Shown here piece after piece: positions 18,720 through 27,976 of a stretch of 64,000 nt of DNA. Every line of letters starts with the position of its first letter. Position 1 is the first letter of the stretch. The notes beneath the pieces are model-generated. The model had not been told where the DNA came from. It made no database searches and saw nothing but the letters and a program-made list of their open reading frames with translations. The position numbers and the translations under genes were made by a program. The DNA comes from a virus: positions 1-64,000 of the IMG/VR virus record IMGVR_UViG_3300036790_000178, one strand, 5' to 3'.

Positions 18720-19076
18720 TCAGAATGGCTCCAGCTGCACGGTCTTGCCCGTGAGTTGGTGAGTGCAGTCGGAAAGGAACTGAATCTGGCCGCCGGTCAC
18801 GAATGAATGGCAGCGAGTGTCGGCCGCAGGAAACGTAGGCGCCGGCTTCGGGCAACCTTCCGCGTGCCACGCATCGAACTGGCGCCTACCGTCTTCGGTG
18901 AAATCGCGCCCGGTGACAAGCACGCTCGGCGTGAAGCTCGGTCGGTCATAGTCGCCATTGAAGCCCCACGGCTCGGGAGCGGGCGCCACGCGCACGGCAT
19001 GCATCTGCCTGCAGCCCGGGCACCAGAAACCCAGCTTGCCGCCCTCGATGGTTCGGAGGACGCCGCGCGCGCTCAC
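18720..19076 (-). CDS. DUF6527-like Cys/His protein
   Basis: FWCPGC...H, FNGD.DRPSFTPSV, CHSFVT.G.IQFL.DCTH. Confidence 0.8.
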   Translation of the reverse strand: MSARGVLRTIEGGKLGFWCPGCRQMHAVRVAPAPEPWGFNGDYDRPSFTPSVLVTGRDFTEDGRRQFDAWHAEGCPKPAPTFPAADTRCHSFVTGGQIQFLSDCTHQLTGKTVQLEPF

Positions 19077-19561
19077 GACAGCGCCGCGAGCGACGCGGCC
19101 ATCTGCCGCCGCTCCCAGCCGGTGCCGTCACGCGACCAGGTTGCGGACTGATGGAGCCGATCCATGCAGGCTCCGAAGTACCACTCGAGGAGCGCTGCCG
19201 GCGTGGGGAGCGTCGCGGCATGAATGGTCTGCGGCCCGATGCCGCCATCGACGTGCACGCCGAGCGCGCGCTGTAGCGCCATCACCGCCTGCACTGGCCC
19301 GTCGAGCACGGAGAACGCGAGCAATGGCATGGCGAGATAGGACGGCAGATCCGACGCCCCCTTCGGCCAGTACTGTTCCGCGAGCATCTGAGCGGCTGCG
19401 GCCTGCGTGAGCGCCTGTAGCTTCCCGGCAAGCTCGGGGTGATAGCGCACAGCCAGACCCCATGCGGTCTCCCCGCCCGGATCCTTGGGATCGAAGTGGT
19501 ACGGCCCCTCACGGCCCGTCACCCAAAGCGAGGCCTCCTGGAGAGCGTCTGCTGAGATCAT
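19073..19561 (-). CDS. Endolysin, glycoside hydrolase family 108
   Basis: EG.Y..DPKDPGGET.WG; LQRALGV.VDG.IGP.T; GW.RR. Confidence 0.85.
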   Translation of the reverse strand: MISADALQEASLWVTGREGPYHFDPKDPGGETAWGLAVRYHPELAGKLQALTQAAAAQMLAEQYWPKGASDLPSYLAMPLLAFSVLDGPVQAVMALQRALGVHVDGGIGPQTIHAATLPTPAALLEWYFGACMDRLHQSATWSRDGTGWERRQMAASLAALS

Positions 19562-19986
19562 TGGGGCGAGCGCTCCTGCCCGCAGTTGATCGCCTGCGGA
19601 TACGGATGGCCCGCCGTGTTCTCGTAGCGCTCGAGCAGCTGCGAGAGCGACGCCTCGTAGAGACCGCGGGACTCGGAGTTCTGCGTCTCGCTACAGCGGC
19701 CGGCGTCCTGCAGGATCTGGGAGCTCAAGTCCTCGAGGTAGTGGCGGCCCTCGTTCTTCTCATCAGCTCGCATCTGCGCCGTGATCGGCGCCACGGCCGC
19801 TATGATCGAGGGGCCCATCTGGGCCTTGAGGGCCTGCACATCGCTTTCCTTCGCGAAGTTGTGCGTGCTGTAGTAGATCCAGCCCGTGAGTCCCATGAGA
19901 GCCGTGCAGGAGACGATGCGCACGCGGTATCGCTCCGGAAGGAGCTTGTCCAGCTGCGCGAAAATCACGCCAAGCATGTCGCTCAT
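19558..19986 (-). CDS. Single-TM protein upstream of the endolysin (holin/antiholin candidate)
   Basis: N-terminal TM, C-terminal Cys pair, position. Confidence 0.5.
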   Translation of the reverse strand: MSDMLGVIFAQLDKLLPERYRVRIVSCTALMGLTGWIYYSTHNFAKESDVQALKAQMGPSIIAAVAPITAQMRADEKNEGRHYLEDLSSQILQDAGRCSETQNSESRGLYEASLSQLLERYENTAGHPYPQAINCGQERSPQ

Positions 19987-21068
19987 GCCGTCCTCCGCCA
20001 CATCCGCACGACCCGATAGGGCTGCAAGTTGTTGTGAGGCGTAGCGGGTTCAGTCCCAGTGAGCCCTTCCCCGCTAAGCGTCGTCTTGTTCGCGTAGAGG
20101 CAGGCATCATTGTCGTTGTCGGTGGTGTTCGATCCGACGTTGTTATTGAGTGCTCCGATCCCTACGTACTGGGTCGCGCCACGCTGCGCCAAGATGCTGG
20201 ACTTCTCTGGATAGTAGAAATCCTGATAGTTGAGCGGCGGCACCTCGGCCGCGACGAGCTGGTGCGTATCCTCGCCTCCGGTCTGCCCGGTAGACTCGAA
20301 GTTCGGATCGCTCGGCAGCCGGCCGACGAGCACGACGCCTTGAACTTCGACCCAGGTCTGCCAAGTGAACACGGCCCCGGGGCTCGTCGTGTCGGTCTCC
20401 CACAGCACATACGCGCCGATGGGATAGATGAGATTGGTGAGCGCCTGCTCGATCCCGGTGATGTTCGTCGGCAGTTCCGTGATCTGAAATTCGGTGCCGT
20501 CCCAGACGAATGCAGCGATGCCACCGGCGAGAAGCGCCCCCACCGCAGGTGCAGCGCCGCCAGGCAGGACTGCCGATGCCGCGCCGGCACCATCATTGAA
20601 CGTGACGGTGCCTGAAGTATTGGTATGCGCGATCTTGACGCGAAGCGGCGCTCCGACCTTGTGCGCGGTCAGCGCGGGCGTGAAGTTCGCGACATAGGCA
20701 TTCGCCGAGCCGGTATCAGCGGCATAGTTGCCAGCCTGCGCCTGCACATCGTCCGCTTGCGCCGCGGCACCGAGATCAGCCGCGGTCGGCAGGAGGTTGA
20801 GAAAGTCCCCCGCCGCCCATGCCAACGCGCTCGTTCCCTCCTGAGCGCGCGTGATGGTCATCGTATCCGTCGAGCGCGCGGTAACGAGCACGACCTCTCG
20901 AATATTCGAATTCGAGGCCGCCTGGAACGTTGCCGTGAACGTCTGGACCCCGGTGAGCGTCGGGAATAGCGCGCCCTCGCCCGCATTCACCGAAACGCTG
21001 GTTGCGCTATTGCTGATCGATGCCGCGAGAGTTGCGGTCGCGTTGTTCGAATACTGGCGTACAGCCAT
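19983..21068 (-). CDS. Tail fibre/short fibre with collar-like and needle-tip C-terminus
   Basis: SNNATATLA, RAQEGT.A.AW, YAADTGSANAY, IYPIG, TGGE..H.L, HNNLQPY.VV.MWRRTA. Confidence 0.8.
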   Translation of the reverse strand: MAVRQYSNNATATLAASISNSATSVSVNAGEGALFPTLTGVQTFTATFQAASNSNIREVVLVTARSTDTMTITRAQEGTSALAWAAGDFLNLLPTAADLGAAAQADDVQAQAGNYAADTGSANAYVANFTPALTAHKVGAPLRVKIAHTNTSGTVTFNDGAGAASAVLPGGAAPAVGALLAGGIAAFVWDGTEFQITELPTNITGIEQALTNLIYPIGAYVLWETDTTSPGAVFTWQTWVEVQGVVLVGRLPSDPNFESTGQTGGEDTHQLVAAEVPPLNYQDFYYPEKSSILAQRGATQYVGIGALNNNVGSNTTDNDNDACLYANKTTLSGEGLTGTEPATPHNNLQPYRVVRMWRRTA

Positions 21069-21071
21069 TGC

Positions 21072-21404
21072 CTACTCCGGTCTCCAAGTGAGCAATTCCC
21101 GCCAATCGGCAGGGCGCACGTACATGCGATTGAAAATCACGGTGTTATCTTCCATGGCGGTGATGCGGTGCGGCAGAAGACTATTGAACTCGGGCTCTTC
21201 CGCTTGCGAGTTAGCATCGAGAATCAGCCACTGCGGCTCCTGCTCGCCTGCCGGGCAGATCTCGACCAGGACTTGTCCTTTCAGGCAGAGACAGGCGTGG
21301 CGACGCTCGATCGAATGCGCGTGCACGCCGAACCCCTCGCCTGCTTTCTCCAGCACGTACTCGCAGCCGAACTCGCCTTCGAGCTCGGTGTATCGTTCGC
21401 GCAT
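21072..21404 (-). CDS. Cupin-like protein
   Basis: HAH...H...KG.V and H.ITAMEDNTV. Confidence 0.65.
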   Translation of the reverse strand: MRERYTELEGEFGCEYVLEKAGEGFGVHAHSIERRHACLCLKGQVLVEICPAGEQEPQWLILDANSQAEEPEFNSLLPHRITAMEDNTVIFNRMYVRPADWRELLTWRPE

Positions 21405-23551
21405 CAGGTGAAGCGGATCGAGACGAGGCCTGCGCCGCCGTTCTGGCCGGGCTGGCTCCCCTGGAAGCCGGCCTCACCGCCGTACCCGTTCGCGTTGCCG
21501 CCCGTGTTGGAGTAGACGCCGTGCTGAGTGACTCCACCCGCGCCGGTGGTGCGAAATGGCGCTCCCGTGCCACCAGTGACGTTGGCTTGGTTGCCGCCCG
21601 AGGCCGTGCCGCCAGTACCGCCCGCCGAGTTGTTCCCCGGCTGGCCGCCGTTCGCCGTGAGCGTGACGCCGGCGACGACTACGACCGTGGCGGTGCCCGC
21701 CGTACCGACGCCACCATTGCCGAAGCCTTCCGCTCCGGCCGCGCCCACCGCGCTGATGGTGATGGACTCGCCACCGGTCACGGCGACCTGGTGCCTGACA
21801 TAGCCGGCACCGCCGCCGCCGGCCCCTGGCTGGGCGGTGCAGAGTGAGCCCGTACCGCCCTGGCCACCGCCGCCCCCGCCCCACTCCTCGATGACGGCGT
21901 TCGAATATCCGTTCGGGACGGTGACGGTCTGTGCCGTGGCGTAAGTGAAGGTCTCAGGCGGCAGGTAGGTAAAGGAAACGCTGACGGTGACCTGGGCCTG
22001 CTGCCCCAAGGCATCGGTAACGGTGCACTGCGCGTTGCCGGTATCGGTGTTCCCGGCCGTCATGCCGGAGGCGGTGAGGTTCGTCGTGGCCGAGGTCGGC
22101 GATCCGATGGCGTAGCTGGCGCCATCCGTGTGCGAGGTCCAGGTGAACGTCCAGTTGTAGGTATACGGGGCCTCCCCGCCCGAGACGGTGACCGTCGTCG
22201 ATGCGGTGGTCATCGGGATCGTGCTCGAGGAGACCGGAAGCGACATCGGGCTTGCCGAGGCGCTTGGCGCCGTCGCGCGCGCCACCGATACCGCGCAAGT
22301 TGCCGTGGCCTGCTGACCGAAGGAATCCGTGACGGTGCAGAGGAGTGTCCCGGATTCCGTGGCGCCCGGTGAGAGTCCAGAACCCGTGATTGTGGTCGAA
22401 GAGCCGGCGGGCGAATTGATCGTAAGCCCCGTACCGCCCGACTGCCACGTATTGGCGTAGATGAAGGGTCCGGCACCGCCCGTCACGGTGGCCGTGGTCG
22501 CGCCCGTCGTCTCGGTCGCAGTCGATCCCGTCACCGAGAGCGTGGTCGGGGAAAGCGCGACGCTCGGCGCCGAGACGTTGCTGATGGTCACGATGACAAA
22601 GGCGTACGCGGTATGCGTGCCGTCGGAAACCGTGCATTTCGCCGTGCCGGTAAGCGTGGTGCCGCGCGTCATCCCGGTCGCGGTGAAGGCCGTATCGGCC
22701 GCGGAAGGCGAGTCGATCGTGATCCCGGTGCCGCCTGAATCCCACGTCCAGGTGTAAGTGAGAGCACCTGAACCACCTACGGCCGAGACGCTCGCCGTGC
22801 CGGTCGAGAGGGTCGTCGCGATGCCCGTAACCGATTCGGTCGGCGGGCTCGCGGTCGCGACCAGCATCGTCACGATGTTGAACGCGTAGGTGTACTGGAC
22901 CGGAAGATCAAGCACCCCGCCCAAGAAGGCGGACTGCAGGATCGGCAGTATGTTCGGTGCCAACTGCACGAGCGAAGAAATGGCGGCGCCGTTGACCGTC
23001 ACGGTGAGGACGTCACTTGATACGGTGACACTCACCGCCTGGGTGTTCTCAGGGCCTATGACGAAGTCTGGCGAGAGCGGATTGGGATCGAGGCCGTCCG
23101 TTCCGATGAGGAAGCGCATGATCCTTCGCTTCAGCCACTTCATGCAGAAGCGCTTGCCGTCACCCTTGTAGTAATTCCAGGTGAGGATGCGCTTCAGCAC
23201 ATCATCGGATATCGAGTAGTACGTGACCGACGGGGCGACGAAAGAGTTGAGCGTTGCGGTGTTCAGCTCCTGCGTATTGAGCGGGCCCGCCGCAGCGCTC
23301 GCCGACTGCACCAAGCTCGTCCGCTGCGTGCCGTAAAGACCGTTCAGCACCCAATCAAGGAGCGGTCCGGAAAGGCCGGGATAGAACGGCAGATTGGCCG
23401 AGTTGAACCAATCTACATACGTCTGCGTCGCTGCGTTATAGGCGGCGAAGAACGCCTGAATATCATCATCGTCGGCGTACTGTTTGTAGGGATATGCCGG
23501 GATCGTCGCAGTCAGGGTCGGCTGCGGCGAAAGAAGCTGAGAATCGCTCAT
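21404..23551 (-). CDS. Baseplate wedge-like protein fused to three Ig-like repeats and a glycine-rich domain
   Basis: N-terminal DD..KRILTWN.YKGDG; repeats YTW..GG.G.TI.SP....T...CTVTD; C-terminal TVP...WGGGGGG domain. Confidence 0.75.
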   Translation of the reverse strand: MSDSQLLSPQPTLTATIPAYPYKQYADDDDIQAFFAAYNAATQTYVDWFNSANLPFYPGLSGPLLDWVLNGLYGTQRTSLVQSASAAAGPLNTQELNTATLNSFVAPSVTYYSISDDVLKRILTWNYYKGDGKRFCMKWLKRRIMRFLIGTDGLDPNPLSPDFVIGPENTQAVSVTVSSDVLTVTVNGAAISSLVQLAPNILPILQSAFLGGVLDLPVQYTYAFNIVTMLVATASPPTESVTGIATTLSTGTASVSAVGGSGALTYTWTWDSGGTGITIDSPSAADTAFTATGMTRGTTLTGTAKCTVSDGTHTAYAFVIVTISNVSAPSVALSPTTLSVTGSTATETTGATTATVTGGAGPFIYANTWQSGGTGLTINSPAGSSTTITGSGLSPGATESGTLLCTVTDSFGQQATATCAVSVARATAPSASASPMSLPVSSSTIPMTTASTTVTVSGGEAPYTYNWTFTWTSHTDGASYAIGSPTSATTNLTASGMTAGNTDTGNAQCTVTDALGQQAQVTVSVSFTYLPPETFTYATAQTVTVPNGYSNAVIEEWGGGGGGQGGTGSLCTAQPGAGGGGAGYVRHQVAVTGGESITISAVGAAGAEGFGNGGVGTAGTATVVVVAGVTLTANGGQPGNNSAGGTGGTASGGNQANVTGGTGAPFRTTGAGGVTQHGVYSNTGGNANGYGGEAGFQGSQPGQNGGAGLVSIRFT

Positions 23552-24768
23552 CCCTGCGTGACCGTGATCCCACTTGCGACACAGGTAAAGTAGCTCTCGG
23601 AATCACCCGGGATGTCCTGGTAGCCGGTGGGCGGGCTCACCCCTGAGCCATTGATCGACACCGTGAACACGAGGCGCGTCAGCAGGTTCGGGTCGAGCGT
23701 GCTCGCAATCGCCGACTGCACGATGTTCGTCATCTCGAGCAGGTTGATCGGCTGCCCGACGATGAGCTGGTTGATGTATGCCGCGATGACCGGCTGAATC
23801 AGCGACGGGAATGCCGCACCGCCCGTGAAGCTCGAAAGCGAGGTGTTCCAGGTGATCGTCATCGTCACGGTCTGAACGCCGGGCGACACGTAGACCACGG
23901 TGTAGGGATCGGGATAGTCGTTCAGGCTCACCGTGACGTTCGTGCCGCCACCGGACTTGCCGATGAGGTCGCTCGGGTCGCCCACGGACTGAAGGATGGC
24001 GTTGGCGATCTGGTACGGATCACCGGAGCCGCCGACTAGGACCTTGATCCCGGGCGAACCCTGCTGCACGCCGATGAGGCGCCGCACCACGCCGAGCGGT
24101 ACCAACTGCCCGACCAGCGTCTTGATGAACCGTGCGGTGCCGACTGAGGCCGCGAGGTTCGCTTGCAGCACCGCGACACGATAGGACTCGAAGCTCTCCG
24201 GCGCCTGCGCCGGCGTGCCGGCCGACGGATTCGTGACGTTGAGCGCGATACCAGGCGGAATCGAGGTCCTGCTCTGCGTCACCGTATTCGCCGCAGGAGC
24301 CACTGTCTGTGCGGTATTGAGAGCGATCGCCGTCCCAAATCCGGTACCGTCGGTCGCGATCGCAATGGTGGACTGCAGCGCGTAGGAGTTCGTACCGTCT
24401 GAGAAGATCCAGCCTTGTGATACGAGGAAGCCCGCGGTGGATCCCGAGAACGCCAGCGCGACACTCACTGCGCTCGCGCCCCCCTGTGGAACGCCGACGA
24501 CCTGGCCGATCTGAATGAGGAGCGGCTCGTTCGCGCCGTTCGGCGTCAAGGAATTGACGAGGTCGACCTTGGCCTGGTCGCAGAGCGCGATCGCCCCGAC
24601 ATCGGTGCTGGCGACATCTTCGATCAGCGAGCCAGGAAGATTGTTGGTGTATCCGGGATTCGTCAGTGCCACGTTGCTCGTCAACTGCGAGAGCAGGCTT
24701 GCTGGCGTCTGCGGCTGAAGTCCCTGCGCCGTGATGATGACGGGAAAGTTGTACGAATACGTGGCCAT
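23548..24768 (-). CDS. Baseplate J/gp47-like protein
   Basis: PGYT.NLPGSLIED..ST, ES.ESYR; position in the tail operon. Confidence 0.8.
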   Translation of the reverse strand: MATYSYNFPVIITAQGLQPQTPASLLSQLTSNVALTNPGYTNNLPGSLIEDVASTDVGAIALCDQAKVDLVNSLTPNGANEPLLIQIGQVVGVPQGGASAVSVALAFSGSTAGFLVSQGWIFSDGTNSYALQSTIAIATDGTGFGTAIALNTAQTVAPAANTVTQSRTSIPPGIALNVTNPSAGTPAQAPESFESYRVAVLQANLAASVGTARFIKTLVGQLVPLGVVRRLIGVQQGSPGIKVLVGGSGDPYQIANAILQSVGDPSDLIGKSGGGTNVTVSLNDYPDPYTVVYVSPGVQTVTMTITWNTSLSSFTGGAAFPSLIQPVIAAYINQLIVGQPINLLEMTNIVQSAIASTLDPNLLTRLVFTVSINGSGVSPPTGYQDIPGDSESYFTCVASGITVTQG

Positions 24769-25113
24769 TTAAGTTGCGACCTGAGCGCCGAGGACAACGC
24801 CTGAATTGGTAATGACGTTCACGGCGTAGGTTGGTGGCGAAGGCGTGGTTTTCGTGATGGTGAGAGAGGCGAAGAACGGCGCGAAGCTCTGCTGCGTGAC
24901 TGACATGTCGTAGTCGGGGGCGACCTGCTGCACGATGGATTGTCGTGAGGACAAGCCAGACGAAGCGTAGAAAGGGCTCTCGTTCTTGGAGAGTTGAAGC
25001 GTCTGGCACAAAGTCGTCAGCATTACTAGACTGTTGTCGCCTGACGATGATGTTTGCACCACAACCCATGTGCGTGAGCCGTCTGGGTTGGTGATCCTGC
25101 CGAAGGTCCTGAT
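24769..25113 (-). CDS. Baseplate protein (gp25/gp46-like), apparent ATC start
   Basis: L.QTL.L...ESPFYA..G; in-frame upstream IRTFGR..W behind AGGAG. Confidence 0.7.
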   Translation of the reverse strand: MRTFGRITNPDGSRTWVVVQTSSSGDNSLVMLTTLCQTLQLSKNESPFYASSGLSSRQSIVQQVAPDYDMSVTQQSFAPFFASLTITKTTPSPPTYAVNVITNSGVVLGAQVAT

Positions 25114-25122
25114 GACGCTCTC

Positions 25123-25707
25123 CTAAACGACGGTCCCGCTGTCGCCTGTGACTGGCGTCGAGCCGGCCACGTAGGTTCCTGGACCATGATCGTGATTCAG
25201 GAACACGCGCCCATTGATCAGGACCTCGCCTGAAGTATTGATCTGAAAGAGCACGGTCCCGTTGTGCGCCATCGTGATGCCGATATCGGCCACATCGACG
25301 GTGAAATCTCCGTTCGCCGACTCGAGGTGCTGCGATGTCGAGTCGATCTCTGACCAGTCCTTATTTCCGACCGGCACCCACACGAGCGCCGAGAGGTTCC
25401 CGCGCTGCGTGAGGTCGGCCGTTCCGCCGCCCAAGCCCGTGACGCCACCGAGATATGCATCGGCCGTGGTCGCGAAGCCGAGGTCACCGATCTGAATCGG
25501 TGAGCGGCAGTAGCGCGACCCAGCCGCCGCCATGCTCATCTGCTGCAGCGGGACACCGACGTCGAATTGCACCGTGACGATGGGGCCAGAGACGGCGACG
25601 ACGTGGCCAGGAAGTCTTAGACCGAGAAGGCCGATCTGGTCTTGCGCATTCTTCGTCGCGAAAGCTGGCAGCGTGCGCGAGAACGGTGTTTTTTGGGCAT
25701 CCGTCAT
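25123..25707 (-). CDS. Baseplate spike (gp138/gpV-like)
   Basis: LPGHVVAV.G.IVTV OB-fold; FLNHDH metal-tip motif. Confidence 0.8.
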   Translation of the reverse strand: MTDAQKTPFSRTLPAFATKNAQDQIGLLGLRLPGHVVAVSGPIVTVQFDVGVPLQQMSMAAAGSRYCRSPIQIGDLGFATTADAYLGGVTGLGGGTADLTQRGNLSALVWVPVGNKDWSEIDSTSQHLESANGDFTVDVADIGITMAHNGTVLFQINTSGEVLINGRVFLNHDHGPGTYVAGSTPVTGDSGTVV

Positions 25708-25713
25708 AGCGGC

Positions 25714-26808
25714 TCAACCACTCAGCGTGCTCGGCGCACCGACGAACGTGGTTACCCACGCGTCTGCGGACGGCTGCCTGAACTGACCAAAATGATGAAT
25801 TTCCGTGAGTTTCCAAGTGCCGCCGAAAGCGATGCGACTTGCGGCCGGCGTTCCCGGCAATGATTGGACGCCAGCAGCGTCTGAAATCTGCGCGTACGGA
25901 GGCAATACGCCTTGCGGGAATATGATGTAGCTAGTCAAATCCAGATCCGCGCGCAGCACAGTGGAAAACTGGATCGTCGCTGGAGTGATCCACGTCGGCT
26001 GCCCAACGAGGTCCGAAAACAGTAGCTTCTTCGGGAGAGCTGATCCGACGGTTCCGGGAGCGTCCTCTTGCGCGACAATGGTGTCGCCCGAGAAGAAGAT
26101 ATCTACGCCACGATAACCACTTACGATCTGAGAGCCGACACTGATTGTCAGGCCCTTGAGGTATGCGGCGAATTGATTGATGTTCTCGTAGTAACCGCTC
26201 TCGTCATTCGTCAACACGATATCGGTCGTAATCGAAATCTGCTGCTTGAAGTTCGGGAACACCGCGTTGAACACTTGGGAGAGAGCCGAGTTAAGCGTGG
26301 TGCCGGCTGCCCAGTTGAAGATCACCGGGATGTCAAACTGAAAGTTGATGTTCCCGGCGTTCGCGGCCGAGAACTTCGCTATAGGTCCAGGAGTGATGAC
26401 TAGGTCAAGCGTCTGATTCACGCCCTGCCAGTTTCCGTATGACGTGAGCACCTTTCCCTGTGCAATAAGCCCCGGTGGGGGCGAAGTGTTCGCAAGGGGC
26501 AGGCCATACGACATTCCCGCCTTCAGAGCGAAATTCATCCCGGAAAGGTTCGCGGCTTGACTTATCATCCTCAGGCCGACGCCGAAAACCTTGATGAGCG
26601 GATTCCCCTGCGGCGTAGCCATCGGAATAACCGGCACGTCGATGGTGATATCTAGCGCCCCGGGATCGGGACTCATCCGGCCGGTGAAAGGATTTTTCGC
26701 GAGGCTCGTAAACGTCGGCCCCGATCCTCTCGTAAATCCACCCTTGCCGTCCTGAACGATCGACTGTCCGGTATTAGGATCAGAAATTGTCAGGCTGTAA
26801 TACCGCAT
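25714..26808 (-). CDS. Baseplate hub protein
   Basis: MRYYSLTI start, GNWQG.NQTL, DLVGQPTW, H.G.FRQP. Confidence 0.75.
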   Translation of the reverse strand: MRYYSLTISDPNTGQSIVQDGKGGFTRGSGPTFTSLAKNPFTGRMSPDPGALDITIDVPVIPMATPQGNPLIKVFGVGLRMISQAANLSGMNFALKAGMSYGLPLANTSPPPGLIAQGKVLTSYGNWQGVNQTLDLVITPGPIAKFSAANAGNINFQFDIPVIFNWAAGTTLNSALSQVFNAVFPNFKQQISITTDIVLTNDESGYYENINQFAAYLKGLTISVGSQIVSGYRGVDIFFSGDTIVAQEDAPGTVGSALPKKLLFSDLVGQPTWITPATIQFSTVLRADLDLTSYIIFPQGVLPPYAQISDAAGVQSLPGTPAASRIAFGGTWKLTEIHHFGQFRQPSADAWVTTFVGAPSTLSG

Positions 26809-27299
26809 TACGGCGTCACTTCGAACTGACCGGTGCCCGGCCGATAGATCAGCGTCGATGTCTTGAAGTAGCCGCCGACGAGATTGACGTCCTGGCTGAT
26901 GTTCCCGGTCACGCCCGACTGTCCCGGATCGGTCGAGAGCGGGAACGTCAACGTCATCGGATCGACCGCCAGCACCTGCTGCGCGCCGTCGTATGCGAGC
27001 CCGGTATCCGACACATCGACGTTCGCGACAGCGCCGACGGGTATGTTGTGCGGTGACTGTAGAGCCGCCGTCGCGGTCCAATCCGCCCAGGAGAGGACGC
27101 TTTGAATCTTGGCTCCGGAGCCCGTCATCGGCCGGAAGAGCACGAGATTCCCGGAGAGGTCGTAGATGCCGATGTACCAGCGCTGGCCGTACACGTTCCA
27201 TGTCACAGAGACGTTGTACGTAGCCCCATCGAGCTGCGCCTGAAACTGAAATGGCGGCGCCGCCGTCGCGGACGGCGCGAAGGCCGTGACCGTGGTCAT
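26808..27299 (-). CDS. Baseplate plug-like protein with inserted beta domain
   Basis: PFQFQ.QLDG..Y...WN..GQRWY; NLVGGYF.TSTL. Confidence 0.7.
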   Translation of the reverse strand: MTTVTAFAPSATAAPPFQFQAQLDGATYNVSVTWNVYGQRWYIGIYDLSGNLVLFRPMTGSGAKIQSVLSWADWTATAALQSPHNIPVGAVANVDVSDTGLAYDGAQQVLAVDPMTLTFPLSTDPGQSGVTGNISQDVNLVGGYFKTSTLIYRPGTGQFEVTP

Positions 27300-27976
27300 T
27301 GCAGCGGATTCGCGGGAACGAAGGCCGAGAGGAGTGCCGTGGGATTGCCTACCGGCAGTCCTCCCGACCAGGACGGCTGGCCTGCGATCTGCGAGCCATT
27401 GGTCAACTGGCTCATGAGATTGTTCTGCGCCTGCTGCGCCGCGGCGAGTGAGACCAGCGGCTGCACGAAGTCCAAGCGATACGTGTGCTGCTGCTGAGTG
27501 TCGTCCTCGCCCGTGTCCTGCATGACAGTCAGCAGGCAATCGGTGTAGACATACGCGGGCGTGATGATCGAATAGGTACCGCCGGAGAGTGAGTGCTGCT
27601 GCAGCGCCTTGGTGAGCGCCGTCATCGTCGCGAGCTTCACCGCGAAGCCCCAGTTACCCTTGGCCGGAACCCGCATGATCACCGACACCGAAAGCGGCTG
27701 CGCGATGATGGCATTTGCCGCCACGGCCTGATTCGCTAACGGGTACATGCCGACTTCGTTCGCCTGCAACGTGCTGCCGGGCTGCACGATGTAATTGGCG
27801 AAGAGGTTATTGATGTCGGTGGGATTGCCGCCGGAGAGTGCGGTCGCGAGGAAGTTGGCGCCCTCGGTCAACGCGATGATCGGGAGCGCGCCGCCGATGT
27901 TTGAGGCAATGCCGCGCGTGAGGATGATGGGCGAGCCCTGGAGCGAGAGCTGCGACAGGGTTTGACCGACGCTCAC
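27296..27976 (-). CDS. Tail tube initiator/Dit-like protein
   Basis: YP.ANQ.VAANA.I.QP, H...GGTY...TP...Y..CLL; follows the tape measure. Confidence 0.65.
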   Translation of the reverse strand: MSVGQTLSQLSLQGSPIILTRGIASNIGGALPIIALTEGANFLATALSGGNPTDINNLFANYIVQPGSTLQANEVGMYPLANQAVAANAIIAQPLSVSVIMRVPAKGNWGFAVKLATMTALTKALQQHSLSGGTYSIITPAYVYTDCLLTVMQDTGEDDTQQQHTYRLDFVQPLVSLAAAQQAQNNLMSQLTNGSQIAGQPSWSGGLPVGNPTALLSAFVPANPLQ

